From the IMG/VR virus record IMGVR_UViG_3300020458_000012, positions 1 through 33,438 of that record: a stretch of 33,438 nucleotides of DNA. One strand, given 5' to 3'. The notes below the pieces were generated by a model. It searched no databases. It was given only the letters and a program-made list of their open reading frames with translations, and was not told the DNA's origin. The position numbers and the translations under genes are program-made. Position 1 is the stretch's first letter, and the number at the start of each line of letters is the position of its first letter. The DNA is from a virus (taxonomy: Duplodnaviria > Caudoviricetes). Below are positions 1-8,035 of this stretch, piece by piece.

Positions 1-12
1 AGGCGCCTAACC
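1..12. repeat. Terminal direct repeat, left copy (putative 12-nt cohesive end, cosN core)
   Basis: AGGCGCCTAACC at 1-12 is identical to 33426-33437; minus strand GGTTAGGCGCCT has the same length and GG...CCT ends as lambda cos GGGCGGCGACCT. Confidence 0.8.
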
Positions 13-118
13 CTTGTGGGTCATATGTTTAAGAGATTCCTTGCATAGGGGGTCCCCCATAATTGGCATTCTTTGTGGTTAAATTATGTGATATAGCCAT
101 ATTCACCTATGTTGGTGT

Positions 119-607
119 TTAACATTTTTCTACGACTTCATCTAGGGCCTTTCCTTCCTCCTTTATCCGATCAATTTCTTTAATCAGAGCTTTAAGTACT
201 ATGATCTCAGCTTGAGGAAGAGGGGCATGTGCCTTCCTGAGATACCCTGTGACTTTGTTCACCCATGAGAAGAATGGCTGCACCTTGACGAGAGCGGGGG
301 TATTCTCACTGCTCGCTGGTGGCAATAACTCGAGAGACAGCATGCTTTGTCTTGGATCCGCCTTTAAAGTCTTCCTGTATGACTTCACTCTGGACTTAAA
401 GCCTTCGTCAAAGTTCGCCTGAATGATCAAAGCAAACTTTCTTGCCCCGACCTGACTTTCGAGAGCATTCAGCTCAAATGCCACCTTCCTTGCTGCTTTT
501 AATGCATACTTTATACCTGCCTTAGCATCGTCGACCTCCTGGCAAGCTATTTTATCGAGTATCTTGATCTCATCTATTTCTGACGTAATTTCTGTGCTTT
601 CTGACAT
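119..607 (-). CDS. Hypothetical protein
   Basis: 162-aa helical-looking ORF overlapping the end of the upstream gene; no recognised motif. Confidence 0.7.
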   Translation of the reverse strand: MSESTEITSEIDEIKILDKIACQEVDDAKAGIKYALKAARKVAFELNALESQVGARKFALIIQANFDEGFKSRVKSYRKTLKADPRQSMLSLELLPPASSENTPALVKVQPFFSWVNKVTGYLRKAHAPLPQAEIIVLKALIKEIDRIKEEGKALDEVVEKC

Positions 608-942
608 TTTCTTCGATTCCTTTCATTTCTTGAGTTGTATGTTTTAATTCCGAATTGTCCTTCAAATTCCTTGGCCATGAGCTGAACGCCTGATCTGGTA
701 AGGCCTGTGATCACCGCTATGTCTTGATAAGACTGTGAATCCTGTCCGATTTGTAGTGCAGTTGCCAATATCATGTTTCTCGCGGCTATGTGGTTAAGTT
801 TTCCTCCAGTAATCAACCATGCAACTACTCTGACGAGGACCTCTGATAAATCTCTTCTTTCATCCTTCAATGGTTCCATTGTATCCACAGGGTGCATGTG
901 GATTGGTGCATCATTCTCATTTATTTCATAGTGAGTTTGCAT
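574..942 (-). CDS. HTH DNA-binding protein, candidate late-gene activator
   Basis: SYQDIAVITGLTRSGVQLMAKEF fits a sigma-region-4-like HTH; basic C-terminus; near the end of the early region before cos. Confidence 0.55.
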   Translation of the reverse strand: MQTHYEINENDAPIHMHPVDTMEPLKDERRDLSEVLVRVVAWLITGGKLNHIAARNMILATALQIGQDSQSYQDIAVITGLTRSGVQLMAKEFEGQFGIKTYNSRNERNRRKCQKAQKLRQK

Positions 943-955
943 AAGTTGTTTAGTC

Positions 956-1147
956 TCATTTCAAAGATTGCATCTTCTTTTCCTCATCATATTTTTCCTT
1001 TTTTTCATCAATTGCATCGATCACAACTTGAGTTGTCGATGTCTCCAAGGCCGCCTTCAATTCGATCAATTGTTCCAATGTTTTAAGAGGCAGACGAATC
1101 GTAAAAGATTTTGTCCCCCCTCTATTTTTCCAGTGTTTCTTAACCAT
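956..1147 (-). CDS. Ribbon-helix-helix (CopG/Arc-like) DNA-binding protein
   Basis: TKSFTIRLP beta strand followed by two short helices (LKTLEQLIELKAAL, STTQVVIDAIDE). Confidence 0.6.
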   Translation of the reverse strand: MVKKHWKNRGGTKSFTIRLPLKTLEQLIELKAALETSTTQVVIDAIDEKKEKYDEEKKMQSLK

Positions 1148-1177
1148 GAATAAAGATCTGTAGCATTATTTCCATCA

Positions 1178-1188
1178 TGTCAATACAA
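1178..1188 (-). promoter_or_regulatory. TTGTATTGACA -35-like element upstream of RHH/HTH genes
   Basis: Same 11-mer as at 8565-8575 and 14327-14337; no convincing -10 at canonical spacing. Confidence 0.5.
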
Positions 1189-1209
1189 GATGTATAGTAA
1201 AGTTGAATT

Positions 1210-1295
1210 AAATTACGAATATTCATCTATTCTGTACAAAAGGTTCAAAAAAGTAAAATTAAGAAAATTACAAATATTCATCTTTGCTGTATAAA
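1210..1295. repeat. Imperfect 31-bp AT-rich direct repeat, 2 copies
   Basis: 1210-1240 and 1265-1295 match at 27/31 positions. Confidence 0.75.
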
Positions 1296-1321
1296 GAACC
1301 GCAAAAAAGGTCAAAAAAGGC

Positions 1322-1525
1322 AAATTCCCTATGCCATACTTAGTGTACTTACTGTACTTACTGTACTTGGTGTACTTACCCCCTATATATATAGTGGTAA
1401 ATAGAGTTAATATTTAAGAGCTAAGTACAGCAAGTACGCTAAGTACAGTAAGTACAGTAAGTACAGTAAGTACAGTAAGTACAGTAAGTACAGTGAGTAC
1501 GGCATAGGGAATTTTCCTGTACTTG
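1322..1525. repeat. Putative replication origin: opposed 9-bp iteron arrays inside a 14-bp inverted repeat
   Basis: AAATTCCCTATGCC (1322-1335) and GGCATAGGGAATTT (1501-1514) flank 5 CTGTACTTA-type units (1334-1378) and 9 TAAGTACAG-type units (1422-1502) around an AT-rich core; extra unit at 1517-1525. Confidence 0.75.
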
Positions 1526-1707
1526 TCAAAATGGTGAACGGTTGCGCACTGTGCCCGGTCGTCTACTACTAAGTCTGACCCGGCTGGGAATATTCAGCGT
1601 TAACGGCTAACTACTCTTGCTTTGCAGGTTTGGAAGTATTATAAAGTTGTTTCAGAATTGGATGCTTTGATTCTTGAAATAGATAATGAAGACTTTTTCG
1701 AGAATGG

Positions 1708-2865
1708 TTATTTAACACTCGCGGAAGAGATTAAAACTTCGGATCTTTTTGATTTCAAGTAATATTCATTTAAGAATTTCACTAATGAATAACCTATTTC
1801 CTTTGCAAGGTTAACTGGAACAGCATTGCCAATCTGCTTATATTGCTGTGACAATGAACCTTCAAATTTCCAGTCATCTGGAAATGTTTGAATTCGGGCA
1901 TATTCTCTTATCCTAAACGGTCTTGTTTCATCTGGATGACATCTCTCCGTTTGCTTTTGCGCAGGACTACAAGTTAATGTCAAACACGGTTCATCCCAAC
2001 CAATTCTTCGTGCCATTCCTGTTTTCCCTCCCCCCAAGTAAAAGCTTTTCTGCATATATTCTTTCTGAATATCCAATGGTAAATCTCTCCAGTAGCCTTT
2101 AGGAGGAACCAAATCCAAAACCTTTCTTTTATGTTCAGGATACTCCGTTCCTTTGGAATTCGGAACATTCGTATCATAAAGCTCACCCTTATTTAGGGCG
2201 TCCTTTAAATTATAAATCCGTTCATACGGCAACGGATATTCATACTTTAAATCAATATCTTTTCTTACTCCTACAAGAATAAGTCTTTCTCTCTTCTGAG
2301 GAACCTTATAGTTGATAGCCTTAAGCACTTGAACTGGCATAACATTGTAGCCAATTTCATCTAATATTGAAATCATGCCTTTAAGTGTTTTACCTTTTTC
2401 ATGGCTCAGTAAACCACGAACATTCTCACCAATGCAAATTGCTGGTTTCACTTCTTGAACTACTCTTGCAAACTCATAAAACAACGTTCCTCTAGCATCA
2501 TTCAGCCCCAACTTTTTTCCAGCATAACTAAACGCTTGGCATGGAAACCCTCCGGTTACAATATCAACTTGTTTCTTGTACTTCGAAAAATCAAAATTTC
2601 TAATATCACCTTCTAATACATCCCAGTTTGGCCTGTTTACACGTAGAGTCTGGCATGCCCACTTATCAATTTCGTTTAATGCCATACATTTTATTCCTGC
2701 CTGTTCCATCCCAATAGCTAATCCACCAGCACCAGCAAATAATTCAAGAACTGAATAAGCATTATTAGCTTCAACAAAATTACTTTCTACTTGTTTATTC
2801 TCAGCATCATTGAATTCAGGAAATATTTGTAATTGTTCTTTTCGATAAACACGATAATTACTCAT
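1708..2865 (-). CDS. dcm: Orphan DNA (cytosine-5)-methyltransferase, Sau96I/Eco47II-like
   Basis: Motifs ELFAGAGG, GGFPCQAFS, ENVRGL, PQKRERL, YARIQTFP, YKQIGNAVP; target-recognition region GGGKTGMARR...SPAQKQTERCHP recalls GGNCC-specific enzymes; frame continues upstream through an HTH that lacks a start codon. Confidence 0.95.
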   Translation of the reverse strand: MSNYRVYRKEQLQIFPEFNDAENKQVESNFVEANNAYSVLELFAGAGGLAIGMEQAGIKCMALNEIDKWACQTLRVNRPNWDVLEGDIRNFDFSKYKKQVDIVTGGFPCQAFSYAGKKLGLNDARGTLFYEFARVVQEVKPAICIGENVRGLLSHEKGKTLKGMISILDEIGYNVMPVQVLKAINYKVPQKRERLILVGVRKDIDLKYEYPLPYERIYNLKDALNKGELYDTNVPNSKGTEYPEHKRKVLDLVPPKGYWRDLPLDIQKEYMQKSFYLGGGKTGMARRIGWDEPCLTLTCSPAQKQTERCHPDETRPFRIREYARIQTFPDDWKFEGSLSQQYKQIGNAVPVNLAKEIGYSLVKFLNEYYLKSKRSEVLISSASVK

Positions 2866-2977
2866 AGGCTCTCTTAATGCCGGTAATTTTCCATCTTTAT
2901 CCCATCTTCTAAGAGTTTCTGTACTTTTTCCAAGAATATCAGCAACTTCTGAAATTGAATAATAATTTTTAAATTGA

Positions 2978-3166
2978 TTACCTGACCCTAAGAATGGTAA
3001 TCGATTCTCCGTTAATGCCGCAAATTATCCAATTAAGAGAAATGCCGATTGCTAGGATTATAAAGATAAAAAGGCAGCACGTCCAAGTGCGGGATAAGAT
3101 GAATTTTAGTATTTCTAGCATAACGTGTTCAAAGTCCTGATCGAGTATACCGGAGGCCTTGTGCAA
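2978..3166 (-). CDS. Small predicted membrane protein (start uncertain)
   Basis: Hydrophobic stretch WTCCLFIFIILAIGISLNWII; the ORF-track start lies within the duplicated segment, so an internal ATG (MLEILK) is more likely. Confidence 0.4.
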   Translation of the reverse strand: MHKASGILDQDFEHVMLEILKFILSRTWTCCLFIFIILAIGISLNWIICGINGESITILRVR

Positions 3167-3323
3167 CGGAATGAAGTTTATTTATGATATTGTTATGCCT
3201 GACATTTTCTGTCTCCATTTCCTTCTTGAAAGTCCTGATCTAGTATCCCAGAGGCCTTGTTCAACGGAATGAAGTTTATTTATGATATTGTTATGCCTGA
3301 CATTTTCTGTCTCCATTTCCTTC
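3131..3323. repeat. Tandem duplication, 95-bp unit at 98-bp period
   Basis: 3131-3225 vs 3229-3323 differ at 4 positions, all in the first 33 bp; the remaining 62 bp are identical. Confidence 0.95.
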
Positions 3324-3388
3324 ATTATTACAATGATTTTCTCATCTATTTCGTCGATCTCGATTTGTTCTTTGGATTTTGGGTTCAT
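3182..3388 (-). CDS. Hypothetical protein with C-terminus altered by the duplication
   Basis: 68-aa ORF with ATG after an A/C-rich leader; runs into the second repeat copy out of frame. Confidence 0.55.
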   Translation of the reverse strand: MNPKSKEQIEIDEIDEKIIVIMKEMETENVRHNNIINKLHSVEQGLWDTRSGLSRRKWRQKMSGITIS

Positions 3389-3399
3389 AGTGTTATTGG

Positions 3400-3714
3400 T
3401 TATTGGTTAAGATCCTGTATAATCCAGTATCCTCTTTCACGAAGTACTGTCATCCCTTCAGTATAAGCTTCAGAATCCATGACTTCCTCCCATGTTTCAT
3501 GCTTAATCCTTGCCACTTTCGCTTCGCACACACTGACAGAAAGTAGACTCAACTTCGCTAAATTCGAGAGTTGGGGGTGATGAGAAAGAGCGGTATCCTT
3601 CTTTGCCTTTGAGATTATCTCAGCAATTTCGGTCTGTGCTTCTTTAGTTGAATGGTGGGATCCAAGAGTTAAATAGGAGCTAATTCGTTCTGCTGCTAAT
3701 TCTTCGTATTTCAT
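3400..3714 (-). CDS. Hypothetical protein
   Basis: 104-aa ORF with AAAGGA SD-like sequence just upstream. Confidence 0.7.
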   Translation of the reverse strand: MKYEELAAERISSYLTLGSHHSTKEAQTEIAEIISKAKKDTALSHHPQLSNLAKLSLLSVSVCEAKVARIKHETWEEVMDSEAYTEGMTVLRERGYWIIQDLNQ

Positions 3715-3766
3715 TTATTCCTTTCGGATTGGTTAATATTCCCCTAAATCTCCTGAAATTTTACAA

Positions 3767-4726
3767 TTAAGGAGTAATTTCAGAAATATCAAACCAAAGT
3801 TCTGTGTCTGCCTTGATTGAGTGTCCCCATCCATATGAGTGTATGTTTATCCAATCAATTTTGTGCCAGCCTAAGGGGCTTTTGGCACTTTTAAAGTCGT
3901 CCTTAAAAGAAAGACTTATGTCTTTCCAACCTGTCCAATCCACCGTGAGATGATGATAGAAATAATCCCATCCACTGACTTCGTGGTTTTCTGAAGTTAT
4001 CGTAATGGTTAGAATCTGTCCATTTGCGTACTCAGAGTACAAAAAAAGGTCTAAAGATTTATAATCACTAAGATCTGTAGGAATGTTCTGCCCTCGAAGC
4101 ATCCAAAACTCATTGGGGTTCCAGTAATAGGGCATTGTATATGACATGTCCACCAGGCTTTTATTCGATCGACGCCAGAAAATTACTTGATTTTCTGGTA
4201 TTGAAGTCCGATTCAAGGTAATGTCATCAATACTAATAGAACCGTCGTTGTAATCTACTTGCTCAAATAGCGCGATAATACGAGCCGACGTAGTTCCTTC
4301 AGGCGCATCTGCTTGAACGGAAATGTGCTCATACGTATCATACACTCCAGAGTCGATATAAGGAGATTCTACTGTTAGCAGAAGCTCCTTATCTGAAGCA
4401 TAGAACTCAAGTTTCAATAGAACTCTATTTTCTGAAGACATCGGATCCGATGAATGATTTAACGCATACATCTCCGCTATGTATCCTTTACCAGATGATA
4501 TTTCTATATCCTGATACATCCCAGAATAGTTTATAAAGTCTGTCCAGTTCCCGAAGAGCTTTCCGTGCCATTCGCCGCTTCTCGGTTGTACATCTTCGAT
4601 GTAGGCATTTCCAAATGCCAGCCAATCTCCCTCAAATCCTGAGTTTTTTAATTCGTTTGCTTGGCAAATGCTTCCACCTATTAAAGAGGAAAACAGGATT
4701 GTTTTTAGTATGTGTTTTATTTTCAT
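3767..4726 (-). CDS. Secreted protein with two carbohydrate-binding-module-like domains
   Basis: Signal peptide; N domain bounded by LKNSGFE...IDDITL (CBM4/9-like jelly roll); C domain DLSDYKSL...VDWTGWKDISL...PLGWHKID...LWFD (CBM11/CIA30-like). Confidence 0.75.
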   Translation of the reverse strand: MKIKHILKTILFSSLIGGSICQANELKNSGFEGDWLAFGNAYIEDVQPRSGEWHGKLFGNWTDFINYSGMYQDIEISSGKGYIAEMYALNHSSDPMSSENRVLLKLEFYASDKELLLTVESPYIDSGVYDTYEHISVQADAPEGTTSARIIALFEQVDYNDGSISIDDITLNRTSIPENQVIFWRRSNKSLVDMSYTMPYYWNPNEFWMLRGQNIPTDLSDYKSLDLFLYSEYANGQILTITITSENHEVSGWDYFYHHLTVDWTGWKDISLSFKDDFKSAKSPLGWHKIDWINIHSYGWGHSIKADTELWFDISEITP

Positions 4727-4743
4727 ATTTTTATTCGTGTTGG

Positions 4744-6870
4744 TTATTGGGTTTCGCCCTTCTTCAGTAAATAGTAACTAAAAGGGAATTGGTTCTTCCA
4801 CATGCCGGATTGCTGTTTTGACTTCCCCCAGTGCTTTCCGACATATCTATCAAGGACTTTCATTCTCTGACGAGTGCTTCCGCTTGCAGGAATATCAAGG
4901 TTATTCCTCGAAATGGACGTACTTGACTGTGGACCCTCGGCTAAGACTTCAGCGATATAATCTATGATCGGTTGATCGATCTTCAGTTGATTCTCCAGTC
5001 GCTTCTTTGCTTCGTTCTCTTTCTTCTTTGCTTCGTTCTCTTTTGCTTTCCATGTTTCGATCTGAACAACAGACTGAAATCTCTTATGCCAAGATTTCTT
5101 CTCACTTGAATCGTACTCAAGAATGACCTTCATTGAGTTCGGTCCTCTAAGCTTCATGTTCTCAAACACAACTGTTCGAGTCGAACTTCCGCTATTAGAT
5201 TTGTCGCTTTCGATAATGTAGGCACAGTCAAAATCGCTTTGAAAATCCCCAACACCTTCGCCAATGGACTTGCCGTCACTGTCCTTTTTTTTATTTATAT
5301 GTGCGAGCGCGATGAGAGTGCCCCCGGCTTGCGTAAATGTCCGCACCATAATGTTGAAGATCCGTGCATCACCCTTATCCATTGTTGACACAAACTTTTT
5401 CAGTGTATCAAGAATGATGACCATCCGTCCGCAAACATCCTCGTCGATCGCTGCTTTGATTATTTTTGATAAGTTTCCAGAATCAAACCCATTTTGATTT
5501 GGGATGAGTGTAATAATTCCCTCATCCTTTAAAATTTCCATTTTTTCAATGCCGCCATTAAAGGAGTCGTCCGCATTGATATAAAAAATTTCAAGATGCT
5601 TCGTCTTCTTTTTATCACGTTTTGTTAACAGCCAAAGCGTGAGCAGAGTTTTTCCTATATTCGGGCCTGCATTTAAAATTGTGCAATCTCCAATCATGGC
5701 AATTTCTGGCAAGATAAAGACTGCCTCTTGCGCCCGTTTCTTCATTGCTTTGATATTTTCCTCTGTTGACGCCGCAATGTTACGCAGCGCCTCAAGAAAT
5801 TGGTTCTCAGAATTGGGGTCTTTTGGTTTGATTTTAGATTTCGCTTTATCAATTTCAGCCTTAATTGGTTTCCATGAGTCTTTATCCTTCTTCATTTCGT
5901 TGACGATCAATGCTTCAATCGTTGCCACCGCTGCGCTTGGAAGCTTCGCGTCCAATGGTTGCCCGTATCCATCTGCTGCAAGCTTAATTGCTGCCTCTTG
6001 ATACTTCCCTGCATGGTAAAAGGCAGCATACAGTGCGAACGGGTTATATGATTTGTTCGCTTCAAGTGGCATGGCTGAAGAGGACCAGCACCAGAACTGA
6101 TTATTGGCGGTGACCCCGAGCGTTCCGGACACACCGCTAGACTTTCCTGGGCGAGTCCATTGTTTCCCATTTTGAGTCTTCCAGCCATTTGCTTTAAGCA
6201 TGTCCGATGGATCAGTCTTTTTGCTGAAGTCATCGCCCGGAGTGAGGCCTTCCTTTGATTGTATTGATTTCTGAGGTTCCCAGTATGGGCGATCATCCTT
6301 CTTAATTTCAATTGTCTTTATGACCTTTGAATTTGCATTATAATAAGCCTTCGGATCGTAAGAGAGGAAGCATAGCCGCGAGACGTCACTGCACGCGTTA
6401 TCAATCACTAGCCCGTACGTATCATTGAACCATGACCGAACCGACATAAACGAAGACTTATGCGTACGACTGTCTACTGCATCAACCTTCACCCCGACCT
6501 TCAATCCGCCCGAAGGTGAAACAAAGAGTAAGTGTGTGTTAGAATCTTCGCAAAGCTGAGTAACGATTCGATACATTTGAACTTCTTCGATCAACTGCGG
6601 ATTATCTTCAAGATCAACGTCCGCGATCAATATACCAGAGTGTTGTATAAATCCAGCCGCCTCTCTCTTAGAAAACCGGCCGCTTGCGGTGACTACAGGG
6701 AGTTTTGCTTTTATTTTACTCCTACAGTCTTTGTCTGGAGCAACGCGGATCGCCTCACAAGTTGCCTTATGGACATCGCTACGTATGATCTCAATAAGCT
6801 CCAACGCGTTAATTGGCTCAGTTGCAGGCTGAACACACCTTACACTCTTAAATTGTGAGAATTTCTTCAT
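4744..6870 (-). CDS. Primase-helicase (BT4734/VirE-N-like prim-pol domain + AAA helicase)
   Basis: KAKLPVVTASGRF, ADVD, FVSPSGGLK, DNACSDVSRLCFLSYDP typical of BT4734-like domain; Walker A AGPNIGKT, Walker B IILDT; start placed at ATG 6870 overlapping the upstream stop (ATGA). Confidence 0.85.
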   Translation of the reverse strand: MKKFSQFKSVRCVQPATEPINALELIEIIRSDVHKATCEAIRVAPDKDCRSKIKAKLPVVTASGRFSKREAAGFIQHSGILIADVDLEDNPQLIEEVQMYRIVTQLCEDSNTHLLFVSPSGGLKVGVKVDAVDSRTHKSSFMSVRSWFNDTYGLVIDNACSDVSRLCFLSYDPKAYYNANSKVIKTIEIKKDDRPYWEPQKSIQSKEGLTPGDDFSKKTDPSDMLKANGWKTQNGKQWTRPGKSSGVSGTLGVTANNQFWCWSSSAMPLEANKSYNPFALYAAFYHAGKYQEAAIKLAADGYGQPLDAKLPSAAVATIEALIVNEMKKDKDSWKPIKAEIDKAKSKIKPKDPNSENQFLEALRNIAASTEENIKAMKKRAQEAVFILPEIAMIGDCTILNAGPNIGKTLLTLWLLTKRDKKKTKHLEIFYINADDSFNGGIEKMEILKDEGIITLIPNQNGFDSGNLSKIIKAAIDEDVCGRMVIILDTLKKFVSTMDKGDARIFNIMVRTFTQAGGTLIALAHINKKKDSDGKSIGEGVGDFQSDFDCAYIIESDKSNSGSSTRTVVFENMKLRGPNSMKVILEYDSSEKKSWHKRFQSVVQIETWKAKENEAKKKENEAKKRLENQLKIDQPIIDYIAEVLAEGPQSSTSISRNNLDIPASGSTRQRMKVLDRYVGKHWGKSKQQSGMWKNQFPFSYYLLKKGETQ
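5002..5043. repeat. In-frame 21-bp tandem duplication in primase-helicase
   Basis: CTTCTTTGCTTCGTTCTCTTT x2, encoding KENEAKK x2. Confidence 0.9.
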
Positions 6871-7130
6871 TCCTCGTTGGCTGCGATGGCGCATCTTATT
6901 TTGTATCCATAGTCCGGATGCCAAAAACAAACCATATATGCAAATCTACTGTTCCCATCTGCAAAAATACAAATTGGCTTTCCAACATTAACTAGTTCAA
7001 TCGGTTCTCCTGAGCGCCAATTTAGCTTGATCTTTTTAGCAAATGAAGTGAATGCATCTGCCTGTTTCTCAGTTTCTATCCAGTAAAAGCATTTATTACT
7101 GGCGTATTCTTCTAGGTAATCAATTTTCAT
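6867..7130 (-). CDS. Hypothetical protein
   Basis: Probable start ATG 7130 (MKIDYLEEY), overlapping neighbours on both sides. Confidence 0.65.
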   Translation of the reverse strand: MKIDYLEEYASNKCFYWIETEKQADAFTSFAKKIKLNWRSGEPIELVNVGKPICIFADGNSRFAYMVCFWHPDYGYKIRCAIAANEE

Positions 7131-7383
7131 AATCGCGTATTGATTCCGCCTCTTTTCGGGAGAGTAGTCCCCATCCGAGGCAATCCATCGGATAGAGTTC
7201 AAGTTCCGTTATATATTTTAGCAGTTCGGGTATTCCCTTACAGTTCCAGAACCAAAATTGATCGAGCGTCGATTGGGGCGTGCTGGTTTGGTATGTTATG
7301 CCCAGTTCCTTCATTACCTCTTGGGCATGACCAGGCTTGCCACATTCCGCTGCTGTTATATATTCGTATTTTAGATGTTTCAT
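7120..7383 (-). CDS. Hypothetical phage protein
   Basis: 87-aa ORF coupled by ATGA overlap to the resolvase gene. Confidence 0.7.
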   Translation of the reverse strand: MKHLKYEYITAAECGKPGHAQEVMKELGITYQTSTPQSTLDQFWFWNCKGIPELLKYITELELYPMDCLGWGLLSRKEAESIRDYEN

Positions 7384-7721
7384 AGTTGTGTGAATACAAT
7401 TTCGACCCTTGGGTTTTTTCTATCTATAAAAAATTGGACACCGTTATGTTTCCAATTTGAGTCATCCTGCCCTACACAGTCGGAAATCCCGTCGAGATAA
7501 GCCTTACAGGAAGTACTTGCATTGTCGTCATCCCTCCTTCGAGCGTCCGGCCAATAAAAGTCCAACCTATATCCCTCGAATTTATAGATTCCAACTTGAT
7601 GAAACGCCATCATTGCTGCCAACCTCCGAGCCGCCTTCTTTGCCACAGACAGGCGCATCCAATGAACTCGAGCGTTCGGAGAAAGAATCTTAGAAGGCAA
7701 TGGCAACGTAACAATTTTCAT
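7380..7721 (-). CDS. rusA: RusA-like Holliday junction resolvase
   Basis: LPLP...SPN N-terminus, RRRDDDN...K...DG...DD catalytic pattern, PRVEI C-terminus. Confidence 0.8.
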   Translation of the reverse strand: MKIVTLPLPSKILSPNARVHWMRLSVAKKAARRLAAMMAFHQVGIYKFEGYRLDFYWPDARRRDDDNASTSCKAYLDGISDCVGQDDSNWKHNGVQFFIDRKNPRVEIVFTQL

Positions 7722-8035
7722 TAGGGCTCTTGCTTGTTAGACAGAATATCTGCTTGGCGTATCAACCTTTGCCCTTCAGCTTTAAGATTCCGAGCAAGGT
7801 ATTTTTCGCAGCAAATCTGCGCCTTATCTTCTGAGTTTCGACAGCGGGTATCATGCCACGGGTAAAATCTGTCAGGTTTAATCGTATATCCTACAACAGA
7901 AGAAAATCTATAGAGTATTTCTTCTTCTTGAAGCTGTACGGACATCTCTTCAGATGAGTTATATTCTCCTTTATATCGCCACACAAAACGCGGCGAGTTA
8001 GTTTTGTTTTCTTTATTTTTTGTCATCTCTATCAA
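7721..8035 (-). CDS. Hypothetical protein
   Basis: ORF packed between neighbours; start may be MTKNKE. Confidence 0.6.
   Translation of the reverse strand: MIEMTKNKENKTNSPRFVWRYKGEYNSSEEMSVQLQEEEILYRFSSVVGYTIKPDRFYPWHDTRCRNSEDKAQICCEKYLARNLKAEGQRLIRQADILSNKQEP

Noticed and set aside
1334-1502. CRISPR array
   Set aside because: 9-bp units are contiguous with no spacers; the Cas4-like gene is a stand-alone phage exonuclease in a recombination module
3131-3323. Diversity-generating retroelement TR/VR pair
   Set aside because: The four mismatches are not adenine-specific on either strand and no reverse transcriptase is present
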